Source: Guillardia theta CCMP2712 (Eukaryota; Protista; Cryptophyta). From it: DNA of 64,000 nt. The notes under the pieces were generated by a model that saw nothing but the letters and a program-made list of their open reading frames with translations, searched no databases and was not told the origin of the DNA. This document shows positions 11,897 through 24,800 of this stretch, in pieces. The translations under genes were made by a program, and so were the position numbers. Location: NCBI RefSeq assembly GCF_000315625.1, contig NW_005434639.1:257511-321510 (forward strand), given 5' to 3'. The first letter of the stretch is position 1; every line of letters starts with the position of its first letter.

Positions 11897-14684
11897 TCAA
11901 GCGCGATCGTAGCGGTTGACCTCCATGTACTTGCGGAAGCAAGCCACGTCTCCGAGTTCGCACCCCACCTTGCTCCTCATGATTCTCCTGCAGCATCGAT
12001 GAGAAGGGGAGGAGAAGAGGAGGAGGAGGAGAGGAGAAGAGAGAGGAGGTGACCTGAACTCATCACGCTTATCCAGGAATCTCGGATGCTGCCACCTTGT
12101 CACCGCCTCACATTCCTGCGTATCTCCTCACCTTCACGATGCCGTAGTCCTGATTCTCCAGGGGGTCGAACACCTAAATGATGGAGAATCAGAAACGAAC
12201 AACAAGGGAACAACGACGAGGAGGGGGAGGAGCGGGGTGAGGAAGGAGAAGAAGAGGAGAAAGGGGGGGAATTTTGCACACCTTCACGTTAAGAAGCTTG
12301 TCCTTCTCCGTGGCCTCCGAGTCATCACCAGGGACGAGCTCCTTGGGATACTTGGACCACTGCGGGTCCTCAGGGAAGAGGTCGCCCAACCTGTCGCTCG
12401 TTATCATCGTCCTCACCAACACCACTTCCTCCCCCTCCCGCCACTGCCACCGCCTACACCACCTCCTCCTCCTCTTCATCCTCCCTCTTCTCCCCGCCAC
12501 CACTTGCTGCTGTCTCTTCACCTCTGCTGTGCTTCTTTGAATGTGAGGTAAGCGGTGGTCGCGTTCTTCATCCTCGACTTATCCTCCTTCTGCGTCATGA
12601 CGTCCGGCAGCCCAGGCCACATGCTCATCTTCCTGAAGCAATCTGCATCTCCGAGGAGACAGCCTGACTTGTCCGACAGCTCGCGGCCATCGGGAAGGAA
12701 CTTGTAGTCCATGTCTGCGTTGTCTACCGGGTCGAAGACTTTGGTGTTCATCGCTCTCTCCAGCTGGAACAAGTCAGGCCCCATAAAGGCAGACTCCTGA
12801 ATTTCACCTCTGCTTCCTTCGACTCAGGATCCTTCATGAGCTCCTTGGGGACAGAGTTCCAATCTGATAGACAGCATGAGCTTCAGGAAGGAAAAATTTC
12901 AAACCGTCAGCACACCTGGATTCTCTGGAAGCAGATCACCCAAACGGTCAGCAGCCCTCGAGAGGTAGTTCTGAGAGGACAAGGTCTTAGGTCGGAGGAA
13001 GGTCACAAAATGAGTGCCTACGATCGTGTTGTTCTTGCAGTCATTGCCACATCCTGGGGCAGGAGGAGGAGGGACACTCCTTGCACTGGCTTTGACCTGA
13101 GTCGCTCATGAGCGAAACCAAGAGACATTTTGTGCTAGGAAAGTACCTTCTCGGGATCATGTCGATCCGCAACCTCTGTGTTGGGAGGGTCTTGCCTGCC
13201 AAATGTTGTCACAGGTTCTACCTCTTAACAGCGATAGCAAGCTCAGACCATGCGGTAAGCCAGTACTCGCTGGTATCCTTTGCTTCTTTCTCAGGCCCCA
13301 GAAACGCTTCTTTCGGATAGGTCACCTATAACAGGACATCAATCAGAACATCAGTTGCTGTGACTTGGGAATGCCAACCACTGGAGCAGAGGGAGGATTG
13401 CCGATCAATGATTGATATGCATTGTAGTTTGACTTCCAGAGGGACTCGTATTCCTGTGCCTGAAAGGTTTCGTGAGCAGCAGTTGAAACGAGCACCAGGT
13501 CCCATCTACCTTGTTGGAGTACGTCGGATAATTCTTCCAGAGGTTCCAAAGCCTGTAATATTTGATAGCTTCTCTCTTCTTCTCCACGGACCTTGAGATC
13601 AGATCATGCAAGCGCCAACAGGAAGGGGGATCAACTTACTGGTAGAGATCGCTCCAGTACTTGTGCATTTTATAGAAGTACTCGTACTCGTCCTTGATCC
13701 TCCTGCCAGTTGGCGAGTTGGGCGTTTCAAGGCCATCGTAGTCTCCTTTTCTCTTGAGATATTTCGCGTATTCAGTCGCGTCTTCTGCATTGTACCTCTT
13801 CATATCGTCGAGCCCAAATTGAGTCCATGGCAGGTTCACTTGGGCACAGTGGACCACGAAACGAAGATCGTCTCCACCGCATCCCTCAGCTGTCAGATGG
13901 AATCCTGTCATAACAGAGTTGTCTCCGCATGATGGATGATGTCTGTCCAGGTATGCCAAGGTCTTTTGTCGCACCAACTGACAGCTCCCCCAGACGTCCC
14001 TCAAGTTGGTGGTTTCGGCTGGGCTGCAGTAGTAGTTGATTCTGACCTGCTGCGAAGAACAACCGCTTGTCGTGAGTTGCCATGACTTCAGAACTTCACC
14101 AGGATTGCACTGCACTGGCTGCCTGTCAAGATACTCCAGGTACTCATCCCTGCAATGGAACAAATCTTAATCTCAGGGCAGCGGAATGGAAGGTCTCACT
14201 TGTTATCTTGGCAGCTTGTTTGGTAGAAGTTGCTTGTCGAACTTATTGCTGAACCGTGACTGGAACAATCATAACTTGCTTGAAACTTGAAGCGCATCCA
14301 ATCTCGGTTGTCGTCTGGATAGCAAGAATGGAATGTAAAAAAGTTAATTGCGCTATGATCAGGGCAGCTGAGTTGATGCTCTGAGAGTTTTCCGAGTTTC
14401 TTGTCGGCAAACCTGCTACAATCAGTATTCTTCTCATTTGAAGAGAGAGAAACGATCTCGTTCGCCAACAGGTCCTGCGCGACATGGTCGTCGGAGAGCA
14501 TCATCATTCGCTTCCATGGCAAGGAAAGTCTCACTCTCCGCGCATGGGAGACCGTCTGAGAAATGGGCGTGAGAGGGACGGGGACTTGCTGGTAGAGCAG
14601 TGACGGCATGATCCTATCATGTCGCTCGATGACCAGGGCGATCGCCATGAGCGACAACACGCCATAGCCTACCCGGCGCTGCAT
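11897..14684 (-). CDS. Hypothetical signal-anchored/secreted protein with three Cys-containing 'YLDRH/Q..C' repeats and two 'GCxLGDxxCFRK' repeats (multi-exon; may be two genes)
   Basis: N-terminal hydrophobic anchor MQRRVGYGVLSLMAIALVIE. Repeats LSEHQLSC, YLDRQPVQC and YLDRHHPSC, each followed by an F/W-x-L/F strand and usually a terminal C. A chain of GT-AG-flanked exons runs down to TGA at 11897. Confidence 0.55.
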
Positions 14685-15232
14685 GAAGAGCCGCTCTCTG
14701 AAAACGGGAATGGGTATGAGGGGTATCGTAACTGGTATTATAGGGGTAGTCGAAGTACATACCAGGGGGTCCTTCGAAGATATCAAGTAGGGGTAGTCAA
14801 CTATATTAGAAGGGGGTACCTGTTCAGGCCCTGGTGGCATCATGCCATGACATCGGACCGGCGGGCCGGCGGCCGGGCCCACCGGGGGGCGTGGCGGGCC
14901 CGGGCAACTTAACTGGGCCTTGTTCGCCACAGCTGCCGCCGGGCCCGGGGACTTCGGGAATCATGATCATCGGATCGGGTAGCGCCCAGTGTATCGCAGG
15001 CGGGGTACTCAGGAGGGGCCCGGTACGTCAATCGGCGGTGACCGGTGCGCGTCGGAACTGTGACGCTGGTTGGGGCCCGGTCCGAGTGATTCCGACAGTG
15101 ACTGGGCCGGGCCGCAGTGACATTGAGGCGTGATGTGAATGACTAACCGTGTTTAGACTCAAGTGGGGAAAGCCTAATTCTTTGAAAGTGCTAAGCAGAG
15201 CAGTGTTTGATAAGAAAGTTGTTCAAAGTTCG

Positions 15233-18200
15233 TCACTTCTTCAGGAGGGCGTCAGTCACGTTCATGCAGGCGCTGCGATAGAAGAGGAGGGAGGCGAGGA
15301 ACTCCATGACGTACGTGCCGATCATGTCAACCCCCATGAGCTGCAAGATCTGCAAACGAGACAAAGGATCAGGTCGTGTGGCAAACAGAGGGAGGAGGTA
15401 CCTGGAACTTGAGCTCTTGAGTCGGCATCGGGGTCAACATCAAGTATGCGTTGAAGTCCGTGCTCACTTCGAGGCAGACTCCGACGAGGAGGGCCACCGC
15501 GACGATGAGCGAGTAGAGGAGCGGCTTATGCTCGGTGAGGGACTGCATGTACGGCCTGCCTCTGTAATTGACGGCGAAGATCATCACCTGCGCAATGGCG
15601 GTGATGATGAAGATGACGGAGTTCAAGATGTTGGGCGAGAAGTTGGAGTCAGGGTCTCGATCGGACACGCAGGTGCCCCCGATGCAGCCGTTGCAGCCGA
15701 TGAACTCGCAAGGGCCCGAGCAGAGGGGAGCAGTCAGCCCCTCCTCCTTCGCTTTGGTGCTGTTGACCGAGTCCCCGCTGCATACCCATCCTTGCTTCAC
15801 GTGCGGGTTCGTGTGCTCGATTGCCTTGACCAGCACAAACAGATGCACGGCGAACTGGCCAAGGACGCTGAAGACCATGTAGGAACAGCAGATCGTTGAA
15901 GGAGGACGAACAGGAGCAAGAGTATTGAGAGGCTTCGCATGCGACATGAAGAGGAAGAAGATTGCCGACATCATGGCCGAGAGCATCATCTGCTGATCGC
16001 CCAGCTTGATGCCAGCTAGGTAGAGCGCAGACAGGCAGTAGGCTAGCGTCAGGCAGGAGAGCGCCTGAATCTTGTAGATCTGCATCGTTGTCACAAGCGT
16101 GCATCTCCCCTGCTGGATGATCCTCGTTATGGGGAAGATGCTGTTCTGCCTGCAGGTGAAGGGAGAAGCGATACTCGCGTCTCCCAGCCTCACGATGGTA
16201 ATCTCCTCGTTGGCCATCTGAGCGTCCCTGAGCTGGAGGTCGAACAAGGTCGGTCCCCCGACCTTGTTGAGGTAGACGCTGTCCTGCTTCCTCCTCCTCT
16301 CCTCGTCGTCGGGGTTGAACACGCCCGACAGCAGAGCGACTCCCACGTGCGAAGCTTTCAGCGCCCCGACATCGTTGGTACCATCCCCACACATGAGGGT
16401 GTAGTGACCCTTCGCCTTCAGGCAGAGCAGGATCTGCTCCTTCTGCGTCGGGGAGACCCGTGCGAAGACTCTGACGTGCTCCATCATCCTGTCGATAGTC
16501 TCCGTTGCCATCGATCTCCAGGTCTCTCCCGAGATGCACAGGTCGTACTTCTTGGACAGCTTCCCCGTGTCCTTCACATCGAACGGATGCCTCTCGCTCT
16601 CGTCAGGCGATACCCACTCCAGCTCACCAGACCCTCCGCCTCCAGCTGACGACTTGGCCGTCAAGATCAGGCTGACGTCGTTGCTGCACATTCCCAGCTC
16701 CCTCGCCACGTGACACGCGGTCAAGACTTGATCGCCAGTGATCATGACCAGGTGGTGGCCTGACTCCTTCAGAGCCTTCAGAGACGTTGCAGACTCGAAC
16801 TTGTTCGGGCATCGGAACACAACCAGCCCGGCAAACTTCAGCTGATTCTCAGCTGTCTCTCTCGACATCGAGCGAAGCTGAGAGATTTGCTGGCGTGGGA
16901 GCTCCTTGTAGCCCAGAGCAAGGACCCTTGCCCCTTGCCTCGAGTAGTACTCATAGGTGGCCTTGAAGTAAGGGGGGGTATACTCGTACCTGTCCTGCAT
17001 GGTTTCAGGCGCCCCCTTGCAGAGGACCATGAACTGAGAGACAGCAGCTCCACTCGTTGACCTGTCAGCGAGCTCTACAACAGTCGCCATCCTCTTGAGC
17101 GAAGACGCAAAAGGAAAACGATGGTGGACAACGATCTTTCGCTTCCTCCCAGAGGTTTCCATCGAGATATCTCCCTTGCTCAACGTCCACCCGAACGCCT
17201 CCAACGCCACCTTCTCCATCGTCTCTCCCGACAGAGAGTCGTCGATGTTCACCAGCCCGTGACATCCGCACAGGACAAGCACAGAAGGGTCAGGGACGTT
17301 GGCAGGAGAATCCAGCGTTGAGTGAGCCGCGTTGTCCTTAGGTGGCTGCATCCCTGCAACTCCCTCAAGGATCAGATCCTCCGACGTCAAAGTTCCTGTC
17401 TTGTCAAAGCAGCAGACCCCTACTTTCCCTGCAAATGGAATCCGAAATGGTTCGGTGCAGAAGACTCCAAGTTTCGAAAGCGAGTGAAGCGACGAATTTA
17501 CAGCAAGAGACAGATTCATCGGGAGCTCAGGAGGAACGACCGATGCGATGATCATGGAGCAGTTCAGCAGCAACTTCGCTTTGTTTCTCTTGGGGTCATG
17601 CCAACCTTCTTTGAGAACGTATCCTGCTGCAGCTAGTGCAAAGCAGAGCAAGACTGAGACAAAGATCCCGGCCTCCTTGGTAGCAGCAGTTGTTTGTTCA
17701 CTGGAGAACATGATGGTTCGCACCAGCCGACCTTGGGAGGTGTTGAAGCCGTTTCTGATCACATAAGCCACGCAGCCATTATCTGGGGGCTTTGGGATAC
17801 CCTTTGGATGTGTTTCTGGCTCCTGAACAGTTTGCAAGACCTTGGTTCCTCCGAACACGACATACAGGCGATCTCCAGTATCAGAAGATCGCTTGAGAGA
17901 GAGAACCTCCTGCTTGTCTCGCAGGGCAACTCCAACCTTCTGCTGCGGGGTTGCCTCTCCTGTCAAGATGGCCTCGTTGACCACAACCTTCCCGCTGAGA
18001 AGTAGGAGGTCTGCCGGCACGACTGCGTCAGGATCCAACCTGTTCCTTGAGACTGACATGATGTCTCCAGGAAGAAGACAGTCACTGTCCATGGTGTGCC
18101 ACGAGCCTCCTCGCAGCACCTTCACCTTGCTGGGTTTCCCCATCATGTCACGTAGCATGGAAATGTTTCGAGTCCGCGAGAAGACGACAGTTCCTTCGAA

Positions 18201-18992
18201 CAGGAGCAACATCAACAGTGTGAAGATGGAGAAATACCAGTACTCGTCCATACTCCAAAGAGCGACACACGCGATCTGAAACACGAAGAACGGCTGCCTG
18301 CATTGCTCCAGGTAGAGCTCGCTGAAAGAGGGCAGCGGGATCTGGAAGCTGTTGATACCCCATCGATGAGTGGCGTCTTCAATGTCCGACTCATCCTTGT
18401 AGCCCGTTGCTGACAGGTACTGCCCGAAAGAAAGATGAACAGGAAACTCAACCTTGTTGAACTTCTTGTTGTCTGCATCCCAGATGTAGCGGCGCTTGTG
18501 AAATTCGAAGCTGAGGACCTCCTCCTTCTTCTTGTCCATGGCAGGTTTGAGGGTCAGCTTTGCTAGTTCACAGATTCCGACTTTCTCTGTCACTTTCGAT
18601 GGCTTCACCTTCACAACAGTCGCGTCGTTGATGTCATCGACTCTTTTCATCGTGGCTAGAGCTTTGAATTCCACGGACCAGTAGGTGCCCAGGTGTGTCA
18701 CCAACTGCATGATCAAGAGCAATGGTATGAAAGCGGTGTTCAGGACAGGAAGCAAGAGGCCGAGGAACGCAACTCCCTCGTTCTGCTTGGTGATGTGCTG
18801 CGCCCGTGTAATGTTCTGTTCCATGGTGACGTTTGACTCCAGGTTGGCTGCTGGCCCCGCCGCCTGCGGTGCGAGCTTGCTGGCGTAAATGATGTAAGAG
18901 AAATTCACGATGTGGAGGATGATAAAAGGAATGACATCCAGCCTTGCCCATTTCGGTACAGGTTTGTGCAAACTGAAAGATTTGACCCCCAT
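15233..18992 (-). CDS. SPF1: P5A-type ATPase (Spf1/ATP13A1-like ER transmembrane-helix dislocase)
   Basis: PFFVFQ, PPELP, FDKTGTLT, KGAPE, MITGD, FARVSP, MCGDGTNDVGALK, LGDASIASPF, QGRCTLVTT, NYRGRPYM; one 3' intron at about 15350-15401. Confidence 0.95.
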
Positions 18993-19902
18993 CACGATGT
19001 TACTCTTCTCCAAGACCAGATTGCTGGGTAAATTCCTCTCCTGTGCAAACTGAGCTGGCAAACACGGAGACTTGGTTCAATCGATGAGCGACAAGCACAT
19101 CATTTCTGCTCGAAGATGTGTTCGACAGCTACAACGTTTCACAGTCAGATCTTGAAGACCTTGCAGATCATGAAAAAGATGACCAGGGAGGGTGCGAGGG
19201 AGGAAGACAGGGAAGGAGGAGCGAGGGAGCGAGGGAGAGGGAGCGAGGGAGAGGGAACAAGAGAGGATGGGAGGATCAGTTCATGGAGATCGGGAGGTTT
19301 GCTGCATGCGGTACCTCAAGCTGCTCTGCTGATGCTGCCGCTCGTCGGGTGCATGCGGAAAGTGCTTCACTAAAGCAGAGGGTGCTGGAACATCCATGAC
19401 GAGGGGGTACTAGTATGGAGCTACTGGGGGGTACTACAAGGGGTGGTTGGTCTGATTGTGCTATTGGCTTCCCAAGGTAGGTGGGAAAAGTAAGTGGTTA
19501 GCCCTGAGTAGGGTGGGTGGTAATGACCCATCATACAACATGGGTAGGTGGTAAAGGCGCTTATTACCATACTTTATCCAGGGGTGGGTCAGAGTGGGCG
19601 GAAGTTTTGGAGGGGGTGGGGAGGCTTTCTTCCTGAGGGAAGCTCGCCGGACGGTCGCCAGGAAACGAGTGTGCTGTCCCGGGCCCGGCGGGAGCCGCCC
19701 CGGCCGACAGGGCCTCATGTTGGCCCAGTATTGTGTGACGCCGGGTCCGACACGTTGGGCTCGGAATCGAGTTCTGACTCAGTGAGACTCAGTGGATACC
19801 AGAGTTTCAATGACACCGTCAGTGAGAGACATATACTACGGTGAAGTTACTGAATCAGAATAATCGTACCCTAGTAGCAAATTTTGCCAGTCACTGAGTG
19901 GC

Positions 19903-21785
19903 CTATGGGTCAGCTTGCTTCGAGTTCAAGAAGTCCATGTACTTTGTGAATTCTAAACCTGAAAGCAAAGCAGCAATCAGACGAAGGGAAGGCACTTGCG
20001 GGCAGAGGAGAGTGAATGCATTACGGCATTGCGACTCGTTCAGCGCCTGCTTCACACACTGCCCATCCTGAAGGTAAAGCACGCGGTCTGCGTAGCACTC
20101 GATGTCCTTGGAGGAGACATCAGAAGAAAGGAGCAGGAGCAAGACGAATCACCGGATTGTGCGTCACCATGACGAGGGTTGTTCTCTGCTTCTGCAGCAC
20201 AAGGGGATCAAAAGAAGTCTAGACTTCACACGTTGGCGCTTTACCAGGTTGATGTCCAGAAGAATGTCCATGACGTCGATCTGCTCGGTGTCGGGTCAGC
20301 GCCTTGCGACCTCCACAAGCTATCATCGACCGTGTTCCTCGTGTCAAGGTCTCCTGTGGGCTCATCCAAGAGCAGCAGTTCAGGCTTGTTGGCAAGCGCC
20401 TGGGGAGACAGGGGAGTGAGGAAGGACAAGGACAGCTCCCTGCTGACTTACCCGCGCGATGGCGACTCGCTGCTGCTCCCCACCAGACAATTCCGACGGC
20501 AAGTGGTCCATGCGATCCCACAATCCGACCTGGAGGGGGGGATGAGACAAGATGAGGAGGAGGAAGAGAGATCAGCGAGAAGGAGAGGGAAGGGAGAGAT
20601 GCAAGGGATGGGGAGGAGGGGGAAGGGGAAGGGAAGCTGGAGGGGTCGAGGGAGGAGGAGTTTGGAGCAAAGAAATACCGTGGTGAGAAGTTCGACAGCG
20701 CGCTTTTGTCTTTGTTTCTTGTTGAGAACTCCAAGAAGGGTCATCGGAAGCTCGACCTGCATGGCCGAATAAAATTATCCTCGGTGCAAAGAAATCGGGC
20801 GTGGAATGAAATACGTTTTCAAAGGCAGACATGGTTGCTAGGAGATTGAACGTCTGGAAAACAAACCCTTCACAACAAGAGTTAAGCTTGTCAGAATCCT
20901 GCAGTTAACTCAAGGTTGGACAGACCGATTTTGGCTAATCTCAATTTCGCAAGGTAGGAGTCACTGGTTTCTGCTGTGATCTGTTGATGTTCACATGAGA
21001 AAAACAATAAAGGGAACAAATAACTCACCTTGTCCCCGAACAATCTCAAGACGCCAGATGTCGGGTTATCAATGCACCCGATCATGTTTAAGAGAGTCGT
21101 CTTGCCTCCACCGGAAGGCCCTCGGAGTATCAGGAACTCTCCTTTCATGATGGGATACTGTCTGTACGTCAAGGCAAACACAGCAAGACAGGAGAAGCGC
21201 TACAATCTCGGATTCGTGGCAGATGTTAATTTCTTTGAGCGCCACGACCTGTTCATCTCGTCCTTCCAGGTTGTAAGTCTTGCGAATGTGTTCCAACTCG
21301 ACCGCGCATTCATCCAGCACCTTTTCACCTACACCACACGCCATCACAACTCTCACTGCATATTCGTTGTGTCAGCAACCTGCGCCTAGGTACGTCCCAT
21401 CGCCATTGCATGCATATCCCTCTACGTCAGCGCGCTCCAGCATTGCGCTTCCATTGGAATTTTCTGGGCCAAGCCCAACAAGTTCTATCTCGTCTTTCAC
21501 CCCATTGGAGTTGGCAGGTTCCGAAGGCATGTTCCAGCAACCGGGGAACAAACTCTCTGTTTAGTTGCCGATCGTGTCTTGAAGCCTCTCTGAAGTTCGT
21601 GGATGTCGCAGAAAATACCTGTAGCCCTTCTGTGTCCTGGTTCCAGGGGAGACAGAGTTCACCTCAATGCTCAAAATGATGCGCCAACCACCCTTCTCTC
21701 CTGACTATCCCTTCTCACTTACCAACTCTGTTTTCGCCCTCGCTCTTCGCTCGAGTGGGGACTTGCTCGACGACTTTGATATCTC
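19903..21785 (-). CDS. Stand-alone ABC ATP-binding protein (LolD/MacB-like single NBD); 5' end uncertain
   Basis: [57 protein letters not shown] and [11 protein letters not shown] found across exons; no TM domain seen. Confidence 0.88.
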
Positions 21786-22163
21786 AGCTACGATATATCA
21801 GACGCTCTCTCCCTCTCTGCGCGCCTCTGCCATGCTTCTGCTCTCGCTGTTTTCCTCCTGCCGCTCCCTCTAGGCAGTCGCCATTGTGGGGGGATGTTCT
21901 GAACGACTCATACAGCACAAACTTCCAGTGACCACCCCACCTGTCTGTTTTGTGGATAAAACATGAAAAAGTAGGGGTAGGTGAATTGTAGGATAGGTGA
22001 AGTATGTGTAGGGATTACCGGGGTATGGGAGTTGGGACAAGGGAAGGAGGAGAGGAGAGGTGAGATGGGAGATGATAATGAGAGCATGTAGAAGAACAAT
22101 GACGATGACAACCTGATAACAGAACCGATGTCTTGACGCGTTTCGAGTGAGACAACATAGAGG

Positions 22164-24690
22164 ATGCCCAGGAATAAGTCTGTTCTTGTTGCTCAAGACT
22201 TGAGCCTCATTCTTGCCATCTTGTTTTGTATTCATCGTGCACATGGACAAGCAACTGGTTATCCTGGCTATTGGTTCTATGGCGATCAATACTCGACAAC
22301 GCTGAAAGGAGAGACTGGGATCCTTTCACAGTTGAACGCAAGCCTCGCTCCCTGTCGATTTGATGGCGAGGTTTGTGTTCGATCCGTCTGGATCATGTCG
22401 GATCCTGGTCAGTACTCTCTGCTCACAACCCATTCACTTCTGACTGACTTGTTGTTTCTATCAGGTGAGTTTCAGCATAACACCGGTCGCAGTATTTGCG
22501 TGCAGACCGTAGCGATTTCCTCCTGCGCCACTCGGATGAAAGATTACGGCTACAGCCAGAGAATCGATCCTCTCAGACCGTATGGGCTCTATCCTAACTC
22601 AGACGGACCATCTACCACAACCTTCGTGAGCGGCCTTAACTTCCATGGGGAACTGGGGCTGGGAGACCGTGTTCCCATCCGAACTCCCACTTTGCAGAGG
22701 TATTTCAAGATTGGTGACGGCCTTTACGACCAGCCAGTAGGAGGAGGGAGAGGCTTCAAGAACCTGACCCTGGTCAACTTTGGGTTCAGCCATGGGTTCG
22801 GGATGGACAGTCAGGGGGTGCTGTATGCATGGGGCAGCAATGAATACGGGCAGCTCGGTCTGCAAGATAACCAGTTCCCTACTGGCAACAGATACCATGC
22901 CCTCTGGCCGCAGCCCCTCATCTTCTTCCGTCCTCTTCAAGTCTTCGTCTGCACGGGAGGAGTGAACAATCTGATCCCTTGCTCAGGACAGGGGGACAAG
23001 ACAACCTGCGTCGAGTCCAACAGCTACTGCGTACCAGGGGCGAATCCCGTGGCGCCCAGGAGGAACGCTTTCAGCGCCTCCAAGCAAACTCTGTCTGCTG
23101 CACATTCAGCTGTTCTCACTGACTATCTTCCTCGTGGCTGCTTCCGCTATGATATCTTCATGGACTCCTCCGCCACCGCCACTGCTGCAACGTCCACTTG
23201 CACTACCGACGCTAAGCTTTATGTGTGGGGATACAACATGTACGGGCAGATCGGACTGGGAGCCAACGATCCAATCTTCTACTTGCTACCTCAGCTAGTG
23301 TCTGCTCCATCAGGAGAGAAGTGGTATTCCGTTGCTTGCGGGGGGCTACATACGATTGCCTCCACGGTCTCGGGGAAGGTGTACACATGGGGGATAAACA
23401 TCGCAGGTCAGCTGGGTCTGAATCAAGAGGCCATGTTGAGCCGATGCCAAGGACCAGTCGCGTCCAAACAATGCTGCAATGGGTTCTGCTCCGTCCCTCA
23501 ACTCATATCGGGCGCCTGCACATCGAGCATGGACTGTCTGACTGGAAGGAGGGTGATCCACGTTGCAGCTGGACAGCAGTTCTCTGCTGCTCTAGACGTG
23601 GAGGGGATAGTTTGGCTCTTTGGCGATAATCAGTTCGGTCAGCTGTGTCAGGGACAGAGGGCTAGCTCCCTAGGTGGAATATCCATCCCCAACTTCGTCA
23701 CATCCTATCAGCCAGTTCGAGCCCACCTGCCTTCCGACGTATTCATTGTTGACGTCATCGCCGGCTTCTTCCATGTCGCCGCGATCTCTGCCGATGGTGG
23801 TCTGTTTCTCTGGGGGAGGAACAACAGGGGACAGCTCGGACGTGGACACGTGAAGGACGATTCTTGCCACCTGGAGGTGAGGAGGAGACAGAGGAGGGAG
23901 AAGCGAGGAGAGGGATGGAGGACGTGAGGGAGGGTTAAGGAGAGGAGGTTGAGTTCTGTCCAGGTTCGGACATACTTGCCTGAGCCGCTGGATGTGAATT
24001 GCACAGGGTCGGACGCGTCAGGGGTCATGAGGACTGCGATGAAGTACTGCAACTTCATCCCGGGGAATTCCACCTACTTCACAGCTGGAGAGTTTCACTC
24101 CGGGTTTGTGAGCATGGGGAACAGGACGTCGAGAGATCCACGTATGACTCACGAGAGGAGGAGGAGGAGGAGTTGAGAGGAGTGGAGAGGAGTGGAGAGG
24201 AGTGGAGAGGAAGATGGAGGTGCGTGAGTGGAGGAGGAGATCTCTGAAGCTCCTATGACAGATGTCGGGTATCGCTACCCGTTGCTTGCGTCTCAAGCGA
24301 CTCAGGTAACTTTTACAAATGATTTTGTTTGTGACGCTTTCCCAGCCTCAAAACTATGACACATCCAAGATGAAGCTCGACTGCTCAGGTTCTGCTGGGC
24401 GAGTAGAACAACGAGATTGGTGACCAAGTGCTTGCAGGACCGTACCTCAGTGAGTGCAAGGAACAGGGTAAGTTGTACCGCTGGCCTCGCAAACTTGCCA
24501 ACGTGTACATGTTCGGAGACAACCGATATGGGCAGGTGAGAGACTTTGTAAGGCATGCGAGCTGGGAAACTTCTTGACATCGTCGTGATAGCTGGGGCAA
24601 TCGCTGTCCCGTGGGATGTACACAGTCCCGACGCTGTTGCCTGGCTTCTCGATCTACGATTGGCAGGCGGTGTTTGCTGGCAGTAGACAG
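22164..24690 (+). CDS. Signal-peptide-bearing RCC1/BLIP-II-like beta-propeller protein (3' end not found)
   Basis: Signal LSLILAILFCIHRAHG; repeated blades GLNFHGELGLG, YAWGSNEYGQLG, YVWGYNMYGQIG, VACGGLHT..YTWGINIAGQLG, VAAGQQFS..FGDNQFGQL, AGFFHV..WGRNNRGQLG, MFGDNRYGQ; the last visible exon ends at a GT donor before a GGA run. Confidence 0.85.
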
Positions 24691-24716
24691 GTAAGGCTGT
24701 GGTCCAATCAGAGAAG

Positions 24717-24800
24717 TGGAGGAGGAGGAGGAGGAGGAGGAGGAGGAGGAGGAGGAGGAGGAGGAGGAGGAGGAGGAGGAGGAGGAGGAGGAGGAGGAGG
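24717..24800. repeat. (GGA)~28 microsatellite
   Basis: Read directly. Confidence 0.95.

Noticed and set aside
19084-19399. Short ORFs upstream of the P5A-ATPase
   Set aside because: More simply explained as 5' UTR plus a pyrimidine-rich intron; the splice phase does not join the upstream ATG to the ATPase frame.
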